A program made the position numbers and the translations under genes. A stretch of 64,000 nt of DNA from a virus (Duplodnaviria > Caudoviricetes): positions 58,116-122,115 of the IMG/VR virus record IMGVR_UViG_3300025934_000014; one strand, 5' to 3'. Below the pieces are notes generated by a model. That model was not told the DNA's origin. It worked only from the letters and a program-made list of their open reading frames with translations, and ran no database searches. Shown in pieces: positions 47,952 through 56,975 of the stretch. Numbering within the stretch: position 1 is the stretch's first letter; the number at the start of each line of letters is the position of its first letter.

Positions 47952-48506
47952 GTGCAAGTGCGGTATCGCGACGAGACGGGACGGGCGCTGATCAGCGTGA
48001 CGCAGATCCTCACGCTGGCACATCGGATTAACACGGACTGGTTCACCCCGGAGTCGGCGCTGCGGGGGCAGATCGTGCATGACCTCACCGAGCGCGTGGA
48101 TCGCGGGGATGCGGTCTATGTGCCGCCGGAGGTGATGGGCTACATCGAGGCGTACCAGATGTTCCTCACGACGGTGCGGCCGGTGTATGCCGCGAGCGAG
48201 GTCGCCGTGCGCAACGCGATCCTCGGCGTCGGCGGTCGCATCGACCGGGTGTGCGCGGACCTGTTCGGTGCGCCGGGGCTGCTCGACTTCAAGACCGGCG
48301 AGCCGTATCCGTGGCACGGCCAGCAACTGGCGTTCTACAACCTGCTGAAGCCCACGGGGGCGCGGTGGGGGTGTTACCTCGGAGCGAACGGGCGCTTCCG
48401 GTTGAAGCAATACGACGACCCGCACGACCACCGGCAGAACATGTACGACCTCGCGCACGTGCGCGGCACGGTCACAGCGGATGGTGATCACTGGGTGGGA
48501 TGTTGA
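47952..48506 (+). CDS. PD-(D/E)xK exonuclease-like protein
   Basis: SVTQIL, RG..VH, E, GRIDRV, LLDFKTG, QQLAFY. Confidence 0.8.
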   Translation: MQVRYRDETGRALISVTQILTLAHRINTDWFTPESALRGQIVHDLTERVDRGDAVYVPPEVMGYIEAYQMFLTTVRPVYAASEVAVRNAILGVGGRIDRVCADLFGAPGLLDFKTGEPYPWHGQQLAFYNLLKPTGARWGCYLGANGRFRLKQYDDPHDHRQNMYDLAHVRGTVTADGDHWVGC

Positions 48507-48850
48507 TGGAGACACTGTTCCCGGCGGATTACGTGCGGCGCTTTGGGTGCGAAGGTCTGCACGGGGCGTTTCTCCAGCCGGTGGACGATGCGGGTGGCGA
48601 GGCGACGACGGTGAGTATCGCGTTGCCGGAGCGCGAGGACGGGTTCGAGCAAGCGATGGTGATGGCTCGCGCCCAGCGTGCCCGGATCGTGCTGGTGTGC
48701 GACACGGCGGCGCAGACAGAAGATGCCGTGGCGCGAGCGTTGGACCGGCTCCCCTCGCATCAGCGAGTCAGGATGGACCGCGCCGCCGCTGGTTATTGGG
48801 CCGTGCCACGGCCAGCGCGGTGTCCGTGTGGAGCACCGCTTGACGTGTAA
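48500..48850 (+). CDS. hypothetical protein
   Basis: ORF in tandem run. Confidence 0.45.
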   Translation: MLMETLFPADYVRRFGCEGLHGAFLQPVDDAGGEATTVSIALPEREDGFEQAMVMARAQRARIVLVCDTAAQTEDAVARALDRLPSHQRVRMDRAAAGYWAVPRPARCPCGAPLDV

Positions 48851-48871
48851 TGTTTGATGCAGGAGACGACG

Positions 48872-49720
48872 ATGACGAAGGCGACGACGGATCTCTACGA
48901 ACCCGATGACACCGCACTGGCGACCCGGCCAGCCGATGCGGAACTCGACACACAACTCACCAGCGTGCAGGCGGTGGACCGATTGGCGACGGCGCTGCGC
49001 AACGCGGCGTTCGATCTCGATCAGGACGACCTGATTACGATTGCGACGGCAGACGCACTGGTGATCTCCGACGCCGACGAGTACGCGCGGGGCTACGAAC
49101 TGCTCGATGAACTCGCGCAGATCGAAGTGCGCTGCACCACGCACTACAACCGGTTCGACAAGCCGCTGAACTTCCTGATTCAGGTCGTGCGGAAGCTGAA
49201 GGGACCGCAGATCGCACAGGTCACGCCGACGAAGCAGGCGCTGGCGAAGCGTCTCGGCGCGTGGAAGCAGAATCAGGAACGGCTCGACCGCGAACAGCGC
49301 GAGCGCGATCAGGCGCTGGCCGACGCGCAGGCCAAGGCGGCGCAGGCCGCGAAGGCGGCGGTGCTGGAGCGCGTGGCGGACGGGGAACCGGACCCGGCGC
49401 TGGCGAAGGCGTTCCAGAGCGAGGCCGAGGCCGTGCGCAGCGTCAACGTGCATGGCGCACCGGTCCCGGTGCGGTCGAGCGTCCCGGCGATTCCGGGCGG
49501 CTACACGCGCTCGACGTGGAAGTGCGAATTCGATGACGTAAAGGAACTGCTGAAGGCGTACGTCGAGGGCCGCTGCTTCCTTGACGAGGAGGCCATCAAG
49601 AAGGGCTTGCAGTCCTCGATGGACGACAACGCGTCGAACCTCACGGTGAATCTCGGGAAGGCGTTTCCGGGGACGCACGCGGTGCAGGGCACGACGGCCG
49701 TGCGCCGTCGGACGCGATAA
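48872..49720 (+). CDS. coiled-coil phage protein
   Basis: AGGAGACGACG-ATG; long helix, R.TWKCE..D, FPG. Confidence 0.6.
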   Translation: MTKATTDLYEPDDTALATRPADAELDTQLTSVQAVDRLATALRNAAFDLDQDDLITIATADALVISDADEYARGYELLDELAQIEVRCTTHYNRFDKPLNFLIQVVRKLKGPQIAQVTPTKQALAKRLGAWKQNQERLDREQRERDQALADAQAKAAQAAKAAVLERVADGEPDPALAKAFQSEAEAVRSVNVHGAPVPVRSSVPAIPGGYTRSTWKCEFDDVKELLKAYVEGRCFLDEEAIKKGLQSSMDDNASNLTVNLGKAFPGTHAVQGTTAVRRRTR

Positions 49721-49898
49721 TGCCGCGTGCGCGAGCCGTGGCGCGATGCGTTCGACATCTGGATCTTCCTCGCCCAGTGCTCACTGGCGATCTTCGTGAT
49801 CTACCTCCTCGCGTTCGGCGTGCCGCTGCTGCTGGTGCTGATTATCTCGGCGCTCCTGCATCTCGGGCGTCTCGTGTGGTGACGCGAGATGTCGCGTC

Positions 49899-50210
49899 AT
49901 GACGCGCGAGGTCGCAGCGACCATTGCCCGGTCGATCATCGACGCGGTGCATGCGGAGTACGGGCCGGACATCTCGATTGGCGAGGGCTACGCGAGCGAT
50001 GCGGCGCTGGTCGAGGGCATCGCCGTCGCGCTGCTGGGCACGCCGGTGACGGTGCTGCTCCTGAGCGATCAGCTACTCCTGTCGTTCGCCCAACACAAGC
50101 CCGATTGCGCGTTCGTCCTCGTTCACACGAGCGGCGCGTGTACCTGCGGCCTTGACGATCTGCGCCTCATGTTGACGGCTCGTGGCGTATCGAGTGCAAT
50201 CAGCCCGTAG
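49899..50210 (+). CDS. hypothetical protein
   Basis: QHKPDC...CTCGL. Confidence 0.45.
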   Translation: MTREVAATIARSIIDAVHAEYGPDISIGEGYASDAALVEGIAVALLGTPVTVLLLSDQLLLSFAQHKPDCAFVLVHTSGACTCGLDDLRLMLTARGVSSAISP

Positions 50211-50383
50211 CGGTGCGCGTGATCACGGCAGCACTATCTAGGGGCTGGACCCCGTGCCGTGAACGTGGCAGTCTGAGCGTTCCCCTTACGATCACTTTGG
50301 CGACGACGCCCTGTTCCGCACCGCTTCAGGAAGGCTCTCGACCCATGACAGAGATGATTGGCTCGTCGCGTCAGGCATAGCTC

Positions 50384-52624
50384 ATGGCTGGCGCGGCACT
50401 GGAACGAGTCCTTCATCGCCTCACCGGCGTCAAGCCCATCGCGGACGGGTGGGTGGCCCGATGCCCCGGCCACGACGATCAGCATCAATCGCTGCAAATC
50501 TCTGAGCGCACCGATTTGAGCGTCGGCCTGCACTGTCACGCCGGGTGCGACAAGGCCGCGCTCCTGACGGCGATGGGTCTGCAATTCGGGGATCTGTTTG
50601 CGTCCACGGACAAGGGCAAGCAAGTCGTCAAGTACTACGACTACCGCGACCTGAACGGCACGCTGCTCTACCAGTCGGTGCGGTTCTTCCCGAAGGAGTT
50701 CCGCCAGCGTCGGCCAGACGGAGCCGGGGGCTGGACGTGGAACATGATGGGGGTCAAAGGCAAGCACGTCGCCTACCGACTCCCGGACCTGAAGGGCCAC
50801 AACGTCGCGGTCGTCTGCGAGGGCGAGAAGGATGTGGATCGGCTGTGGTCCCTCGGGATCGCGGCCACGTGCAATATCGGCGGCGCAGGAAAGTGGGGCC
50901 AGAGTGAAACCAAGAGCCTCGCTGCCGCCGGGGTCACGCGGGTCATCATCCTGCCGGACCACGACGAGGCCGGATCGAAGCACGCCGAGATGGTCGCCAC
51001 GTCCGTGAAGCTGGCGAACCTCGCGGTCAGCGTCGTGGAGTTACCCGGCCTCGCGCCCCACGGCGACGTGAGTGACTGGCTCGACGCTGGGCACACCAAG
51101 GACGACCTCCAAAGCCTGCTGGCGACGAAACCCTACATCCTCCCGGCCTCGACCCCTGCCCAGCCTGCCGTCGCGCCAGCGCCGATTGTCATCGAGATGC
51201 CGCTGGCCCAGCCAGACGCGCTCCTCGACCCGCTCAACTATCCGCTGACGCAAGCCGGAGCCTCCGACGCCCTGCGCGACCGGTTCGGCCATCGGTTGCG
51301 ATACGACCACCAGCGCGAGCAGTGGTTCATCTGGGACGGGCAACGCTGGCGACCGGACGAGGACGAAGCGGTGATTCGCATGGCGCTCGACCACGCGCGG
51401 CGCTGGGCTGGCGAGATCATCCAGTCGGCCGACTTCGTCCAGCGGAAGAAGTGGCAGGACTTCACGCTCAAGCTGGAGAAGCGTGCGGAACTGATGACGA
51501 TGATCACCGGCGCTCGCTCGCTGCCGCCGATCAGCGTCGGCGCGAATCCGTGGGACCGCGACCCGTGGATGCTGTGCGCCTCGAACGGCGTGATCGATCT
51601 GCGGACCGGCACGCTGCGGCCGGGCAACCCGGCGGAGAACATCTCGCAGCAAGTCGCGGTGCCGTTCGATCCCGAGGCCACGTGTCCGCGCTGGCTCGCG
51701 TTCCTGCGCGAGGTGTTCATGGACGACGAGGAACTGGTCGGCTTCGCGCAACGCGCCGTCGGCTACTCGCTGACCGCCGACATGCGCGAGCAGTGCTTCT
51801 TCCTCTGCATCGGCACCGGGTCCAACGGCAAGTCGATCTTCCTGAACGCGCTGGAGTCGGTGATCGGCTCGTACGGCACCCGCGCCAGCATGCGGCTGTT
51901 CATCGGGGACGCCAGCGAGTTCCACATGGCCGATCTCGCCGGAGCGCGGATGGTGTTCGCGTCCGAGGCCAAGCCCGACACGCGGCTGAACGAGCACGTG
52001 ATCAAGGCGCTGACCGGCGGCGAGACGCAGAAGGCCGAGCGCAAGTACGGCCACCCGTTCACCTTCCGCCCGGTCGGGAAAATCTGGTTGACCGTGAATC
52101 ACGTGCCGAAGGTGGTCGATGACTCGTTCGGGTTCTGGCGGCGCGTCCGACTGATCCCGTTCAACCGCACGTTCACCGGGTCGCAGGAGGACCGTACGCT
52201 TCGGGACCAGTTAGCCGCCGAGGCGTCCGGCATCCTGACGTGGGCGGTGTATGGGGCGCACCTGTGGCAGACCGGACACCTGAATGCTCCCTATTCGGTG
52301 ACTAAAGCGACCGACGAGTACCAGAACTCCGAAGATCCGCTCGTGGACTTCCTGTCGGATCGCTGCGTGTTCGCCCAAACAGGGATCGAAACATTCGCGG
52401 CGCTGTCCACGGCCTATAACCGGTGGGCCGAAAATCAGCGCATCCCGAAGTCGGATCGCCTCTCAAGGCGAATCCTCGGCACGCACCTGAAACGGCGTTT
52501 TGAGACGGCCGATGTGAACGGGACGCGCAGATACAGGGGCATCAGCTTGAAGGATACCGAGATGTGGGGGTCGCAGCCCGATATGTGGGGGTCGCCGTCT
52601 CCGGGTCAGCATGGCGACGAGTGA
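50384..52624 (+). CDS. primase-helicase (Zn finger + TOPRIM + D5/P4-family SF3 helicase)
   Basis: CPGHDD..CHAGC; CEGEKD, PDHDEAG, GDVSDW; GTGSNGKS, SE, ALTGGE, FWRR. Confidence 0.92.
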   Translation: MAGAALERVLHRLTGVKPIADGWVARCPGHDDQHQSLQISERTDLSVGLHCHAGCDKAALLTAMGLQFGDLFASTDKGKQVVKYYDYRDLNGTLLYQSVRFFPKEFRQRRPDGAGGWTWNMMGVKGKHVAYRLPDLKGHNVAVVCEGEKDVDRLWSLGIAATCNIGGAGKWGQSETKSLAAAGVTRVIILPDHDEAGSKHAEMVATSVKLANLAVSVVELPGLAPHGDVSDWLDAGHTKDDLQSLLATKPYILPASTPAQPAVAPAPIVIEMPLAQPDALLDPLNYPLTQAGASDALRDRFGHRLRYDHQREQWFIWDGQRWRPDEDEAVIRMALDHARRWAGEIIQSADFVQRKKWQDFTLKLEKRAELMTMITGARSLPPISVGANPWDRDPWMLCASNGVIDLRTGTLRPGNPAENISQQVAVPFDPEATCPRWLAFLREVFMDDEELVGFAQRAVGYSLTADMREQCFFLCIGTGSNGKSIFLNALESVIGSYGTRASMRLFIGDASEFHMADLAGARMVFASEAKPDTRLNEHVIKALTGGETQKAERKYGHPFTFRPVGKIWLTVNHVPKVVDDSFGFWRRVRLIPFNRTFTGSQEDRTLRDQLAAEASGILTWAVYGAHLWQTGHLNAPYSVTKATDEYQNSEDPLVDFLSDRCVFAQTGIETFAALSTAYNRWAENQRIPKSDRLSRRILGTHLKRRFETADVNGTRRYRGISLKDTEMWGSQPDMWGSPSPGQHGDE

Positions 52625-52795
52625 AAAGATCGTCTTGAGATCGTCTTGACCACTAAGTGTTTGCGAAGACAACAACTTGCGGCGAAAATCAAAACCAAGG
52701 TAGACGTATTTCTTTACTTTCCGTACTAGCAGAAGAAGAAGAATTCTCGTAAGAAGTTTTTGGAAAAGTGACGAACTTCGTCTACCGCTCTGGTG
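52625..52795. other. AT-rich non-coding region, candidate replication origin
   Basis: Sharp drop in GC; tandem AGATCGTCTTGA x2; inverted GGTAGACG...CGTCTACC; directly after the primase gene. Confidence 0.55.
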
Positions 52796-52870
52796 ACGGA
52801 GCGCGGGTACAGGAACCAGCGATGCAGCCGGGCAGTTCTGATACGATGCACGCTTTAGGAGGCGACGACG

Positions 52871-53092
52871 ATGGCGACAGCGCACGCCGCGCTACGCGGC
52901 ACAATCAAATCCATCAAGAAGGCTGAGGGCTACGGGTTCATCACCCACTCGGCCACCGGCGAGGACCATTTCTTCCATCGCAGCCAAGTGCTGGGCGCGA
53001 ACTGGGACGACCTCGAAATCGATCAGCAAGTCGAGTTCATTCCCAGTGACGGCCCGAAGGGGCCACGCGCCATCGAAGTCCGTCCGCGCTAA
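52871..53092 (+). CDS. cold-shock domain protein (CspA family)
   Basis: GTIK...EGYGFI (RNP1), FFHRS (RNP2), VEF...GPKGPRA..V. Confidence 0.9.
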   Translation: MATAHAALRGTIKSIKKAEGYGFITHSATGEDHFFHRSQVLGANWDDLEIDQQVEFIPSDGPKGPRAIEVRPR

Positions 53093-53238
53093 CCGGCCGC
53101 TCGCATGGCGGATATGAAGCTGACGGACTTCTGGCAACTCACGCGCGTCGGGCTGGGGATCATCCTGATCGCGATCTTCTGTGGCATCGCGTGGGGGTCA
53201 TGCAAAGCAGCCTCGGTGCTGATCCAGCGACTGGCGCA

Positions 53239-53712
53239 ATGATGCTGTTCGTGGGCGTGGACGTGGGCGCACACGGCGGCATCGCGGTCATTGACGACAA
53301 GGGCCGCGTCCTCCGGGCGGTGGCGATGCCCGAAACCGACCAAGACATCCTCGACGCGCTGTTCTGGCCGATGCGCGAGATGCCGCTGCTGCCGTGCCGG
53401 GCCACGCTCGAAAAGGTCGCCAGCAGTCCGCAGATGGGCGTCGTGTCGGCGTTCAGCTTTGGCGGGTGGTACCGGGCGCTCAAGATGGGCCTCACGGCGG
53501 CGCGGATTCCCTTTGACGAGGTCGGTGCCTTCAAGTGGCAGCGACGGCTGGAGTGCCTCTCCGGCGGCGACAAGAAGGTGACGAAGGCGCGAGCGCAGCA
53601 ACTCTTTCCCGGCCTCAAAATGACGCACGTGATCGCGGACGCGCTCCTCCTCGCGGAGTACGGACGGCGCGAACACACCGGCGTCCTTCACGGTACCGTG
53701 AACTCTCGATGA
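53239..53712 (+). CDS. RuvC-like Holliday junction resolvase
   Basis: FVGVDVG..GGIA, LEKV, GVVSAFSFG, KWQ, ADALLLAEYG. Confidence 0.8.
   Translation: MMLFVGVDVGAHGGIAVIDDKGRVLRAVAMPETDQDILDALFWPMREMPLLPCRATLEKVASSPQMGVVSAFSFGGWYRALKMGLTAARIPFDEVGAFKWQRRLECLSGGDKKVTKARAQQLFPGLKMTHVIADALLLAEYGRREHTGVLHGTVNSR
53687..53702. repeat. 16-bp palindrome copy 5
   Basis: TTCACGGTACCGTGAA at a gene junction. Confidence 0.85.
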
Positions 53713-53960
53713 CGACGACGAAAAGGTTCCACGTGGAACGTAACGCGCTCGACCTCGACGCGCATCTGGTGACGAGGGTCACGGAGAAGACCGCGACTCG
53801 CATTCTTCGCGCGTTGCGGCGCGAGGTGAGCGTCTGCATCGCGCTCCTCGAACCCTTGCGCGGCGACCGGGCACGCGGTCAACTGGAAGCCCTGCGGCAC
53901 GTCGAGACGGTGCTCCGGACCCAGTTCCCTTTGAGGAAGCAGCGGACGCGTGCTTTATGA
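53709..53960 (+). CDS. hypothetical protein
   Basis: ATGA overlap. Confidence 0.45.
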   Translation: MTTTKRFHVERNALDLDAHLVTRVTEKTATRILRALRREVSVCIALLEPLRGDRARGQLEALRHVETVLRTQFPLRKQRTRAL

Positions 53961-54381
53961 AACGCTCGATGACAGACGACGGCAGTGGTCGATCTGTGAC
54001 GAGTACGCGCACGCGTTCGGCTTCGAGTTCAGGATGATGCCGTCGCTGTGTTTGTGGGATGCGGAGTTTTTCGTCGGGCCTCGGCTCGCGTTGATTGCCG
54101 AAGTGAAGCATCGCAACTGTCAGCGACTGACGTACGGCACCTACCTGATCGACAAAGCCAAAGTCGAGGGGGCGCTGGCGGAAGCCCTCCGGCGCGGGGC
54201 GCGGTGTGGCGTCATTGTCGAGTTCGCGGACGGGCGGTTCAAGGTGCCTATCACGGCGGCGTGGCTGGCGGAGCACGCGAGGACGGCGGTCGTGCTGCGG
54301 AAGAATCGGGCGGGTGAGTCACCAGACGCCGCGTGGGAGTGGTCGAATCGGTTATGGATCCCACTGGTGTGCAAGTCATGA
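53950..54381 (+). CDS. PD-(D/E)xK-like nuclease fold protein
   Basis: WD......IAEVKHR....Y.TYLI..K. Confidence 0.55.
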   Translation: MLYETLDDRRRQWSICDEYAHAFGFEFRMMPSLCLWDAEFFVGPRLALIAEVKHRNCQRLTYGTYLIDKAKVEGALAEALRRGARCGVIVEFADGRFKVPITAAWLAEHARTAVVLRKNRAGESPDAAWEWSNRLWIPLVCKS

Positions 54382-54788
54382 TTCGCCGCAAGACGCGCAC
54401 GGCGCTCCAGCGCGAACTGCTGGCCTATAAGCAACTAGCCCCGATCAGTATCGGGGAGACGCGCGAGGAGCAGTCGGCTCGCGAGCACGTGGACGAAGCC
54501 GAGACGATTCAGCAAGTCCACGACTACATCTGGCGCACGCGCTCGACCTGTCAACTCTGTCGCGGCCGACGGCGGGACGAGTGCCGGGGCTTCCCGGACG
54601 AGATGCACGAGGAGCCGCCCCGCAGCGCGACACGCGGCCTCCCTCCGGCCGAGCGATTCAACCTGCTGGTGTGCGGCAGGTTGTGCAAAGCCTGCCACGC
54701 TGACGTAACCCACAACCGCCTCACCATCGTGTTCCTGAAGCCTGCGCTGGGCTTCCTTGGCCCCGTGCGCGGTGAACCCGTGTCATGA
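54378..54788 (+). CDS. HNH-like zinc-binding protein
   Basis: CQLC..EMHE..N...LCKACH. Confidence 0.55.
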   Translation: MIRRKTRTALQRELLAYKQLAPISIGETREEQSAREHVDEAETIQQVHDYIWRTRSTCQLCRGRRRDECRGFPDEMHEEPPRSATRGLPPAERFNLLVCGRLCKACHADVTHNRLTIVFLKPALGFLGPVRGEPVS

Positions 54789-54999
54789 CGCTCGACCGCA
54801 AAGTCTGCAAGCGGTGTCGGCACGCGGTCACGCTGGTGACGACGGTGGCGCTGCGAGCGGCGCTGAAGCAGCGGCCGAATGAATTCCCGATGAGCGGCGT
54901 GCTGCTGTTCCTGTGTCCCAAACACGGAGAGTTGCCGTGGTGGGAGATCACGCACGGCGAGGCGGTGCGAACGGCGGCGGAACTGGAGAAGGAGCAACC

Positions 55000-55593
55000 A
55001 TGCCTGAACTGGACGACCTGATCGAGAGTTTGCAGGAGATCGACCCCGAGGCGGTCATCGCGCAGCACGGCCCGTTCGTGCTGACGAAGACCGGGATGCT
55101 GTCCACCGGCGATCCGACGTTCGAGGAATGGGAAGCCGCACTCCAGTGGTCGCAGAAGGTCGAGAAGTACTCGCCGTTCTGGGTGGGCGATCTCATCGCG
55201 TACGGCGAGGGCAAGTACGGCGAGATGTACGCGCAGGCGATGGACGCGACCGGGCTGGAGTACGGCACGCTCGCGAACTCGGTCTATGTCGCGCGTGCGG
55301 TGCCAGCGGATCGGCGGCGACCCGCGCTCGCGTTCGGGTTTCATCAGGAGGTTGCGCCGCTGCCGCCGAGCGAGCAGGAGCACTGGCTGGTGGAGGCTGA
55401 GGTGAAAGGCTTGTCGCAGACGCAACTGCGGCACGCGATCAAGATCGCGAAAGTGGAGGCCACCGGGAAGGCGCTCGACTGCTGGCTGTCGGTGCATTGC
55501 GCGAACCCAGAGGACCAAGCGGAACTCGCCGGGCGCATGCAGGCGGAAGGGCGGTCGGTGAAGATGCACATCAAGGAACTGGCGGCACCCTGA
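55000..55593 (+). CDS. LmbU-like DNA-binding regulator
   Basis: FWVGDLIAYGE.KYGE.Y.QA...VARAV..RRRP.L.F..H.EVA.L. Confidence 0.65.
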   Translation: MPELDDLIESLQEIDPEAVIAQHGPFVLTKTGMLSTGDPTFEEWEAALQWSQKVEKYSPFWVGDLIAYGEGKYGEMYAQAMDATGLEYGTLANSVYVARAVPADRRRPALAFGFHQEVAPLPPSEQEHWLVEAEVKGLSQTQLRHAIKIAKVEATGKALDCWLSVHCANPEDQAELAGRMQAEGRSVKMHIKELAAP

Positions 55594-56696
55594 TGGCGGA
55601 CCTTACATGGGCGGTGCTGATCGGGGACGTGCGCGAGCAACTCCAGCGCGTGCCGTCCGCGTCGGTGCAGTGCGTCGTGACGAGTCCGCCGTACTTCGGC
55701 CTGCGCAACTACGGCCACGCGGGACAGATCGGGCTGGAGCGGTCGGCCGACGCGTACGTCGCGGCACTGGTCGCGGTGTTCCGCGAGGTGAAGCGCGTCC
55801 TGCGCGACGACGGCGTGCTGTGGCTCAATCTGGGCGACTCGATGGAGGCCAAGCATCTGGTCGGCATCCCGTGGCGCGTGGCGTTCGCGCTGCAAGCCGA
55901 CGGCTGGTGTTTGCGCAGCGACGTGATCTGGGCGAAGCCGAATCCGATGCCGGAGAGCACGACCGACCGGCCGTCGAAGGCACACGAGTACATCTTCCTG
56001 TTGACGAAGGCGGAGCAGTACTACTACGACGCGGAGGCGATCCGCGAGACGCCGAAGCAGCGAGCGCAGGCCAAGGGCACGAGCAACTGCCGCAGCGTGT
56101 GGACGATCACCACGCAGTCGTACCCAGAGGCGCACGTCGCGACGTTCCCACCGGAACTGCCGACGCGCTGCATCCGTGCCGGGTCGAGCGAGAGCGGCGC
56201 GTGCCGGGCGTGCGGTGCGCCGCTCGCGCGAGTCGTGGTGAAGGGCGCACCAGATCGCGAGCAGCAACGCGCCAGCGGCGGCGACAAGGACGGCGCGTAT
56301 ACCGGACAGGCGGTGAAGCCGTACGCAGGCACCGGCGCACAAAACCCCAGCGACGTGAAGCGGCGCATCCTGAAGGGCATGACGACGCGGACGACGACGC
56401 ACTGGGTGCCGACGTGCAAATGCGATGCAGCGCAAGCCGGAGACATCGTGCCGTGCGTGGTGCTCGACCCATTCGCCGGGAGCGGGACGACGGGCGCGGT
56501 CGCGATCCAGTTGCAGCGGTCGTTTATCGGCATCGACCTGAACCCGGCGTACGTCGCACTGGCCCGGAAGCGCATCAGCGTCGTGGCCCCGCTGTTCGCG
56601 ACGGAGCTTGACTTACCGGGAACAGTGGCAGTATCATTAGAGCATGGCGACGGTGATGGCGGCGGCGGCGGAGACGGCGGTGTGGAGCGGGTTTGA
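55593..56696 (+). CDS. DNA amino-methyltransferase (beta class, probably N4-cytosine) with zinc-ribbon insert
   Basis: VTSPPY, IWAKPNPMPES..DRP, H.ATFP, VLDPFAGSGTT. Confidence 0.9.
   Translation: MADLTWAVLIGDVREQLQRVPSASVQCVVTSPPYFGLRNYGHAGQIGLERSADAYVAALVAVFREVKRVLRDDGVLWLNLGDSMEAKHLVGIPWRVAFALQADGWCLRSDVIWAKPNPMPESTTDRPSKAHEYIFLLTKAEQYYYDAEAIRETPKQRAQAKGTSNCRSVWTITTQSYPEAHVATFPPELPTRCIRAGSSESGACRACGAPLARVVVKGAPDREQQRASGGDKDGAYTGQAVKPYAGTGAQNPSDVKRRILKGMTTRTTTHWVPTCKCDAAQAGDIVPCVVLDPFAGSGTTGAVAIQLQRSFIGIDLNPAYVALARKRISVVAPLFATELDLPGTVAVSLEHGDGDGGGGGDGGVERV
56608..56637 (+). promoter_or_regulatory. sigma70-type phage promoter
   Basis: TTGACT-18-TATCAT with GGGAACAGTG in spacer. Confidence 0.7.
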
Positions 56697-56850
56697 CGCG
56701 GTGCTCGTGGAGTTCGACGCGGCGCACGACGCGTGGCTCTCGGGCACGGTGACGCACGAGGCGTTCGTCGTCTACGTGACGGCGCGGAAAGCGGCGCTCC
56801 TGCGGGTGCCGGACTTCGCTGGGTATCTCACGGCGCTGGGAATCGCGTGA
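56644..56850 (+). CDS. hypothetical protein, likely leaderless
   Basis: ATG 6 nt after -10. Confidence 0.5.
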   Translation: MATVMAAAAETAVWSGFDAVLVEFDAAHDAWLSGTVTHEAFVVYVTARKAALLRVPDFAGYLTALGIA

Positions 56851-56892
56851 AAACAGGCCGGAAAACGCGCAAAATAATCTATTAAAGAGGGC

Positions 56893-56921
56893 TTGACTTG
56901 GCCCTTTATTGGGATTATCAT
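56893..56921 (+). promoter_or_regulatory. strong sigma70-type promoter with AT-rich UP-like element
   Basis: TTGACT-17-TATCAT preceded by AAAATAATCTATTAAA. Confidence 0.8.
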
Positions 56922-56975
56922 TGTTCTTGTAAGGCTTTGGTGACGACGGCAACGACGACGAAGGAGACGACGACA

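Noticed and set aside
47952-48506. Cas4 as an adaptation partner of the RAMP gene
   Set aside because: No four-Cys Fe-S motif, 26 kb away, and it sits in the recombination module; an ordinary phage PD-(D/E)xK nuclease.
52699-52706. GGTAGACG in the origin-like region equals four consecutive NN values of array 1
   Set aside because: An 8-nt match is expected by chance in 64 kb and the flanks do not extend it.
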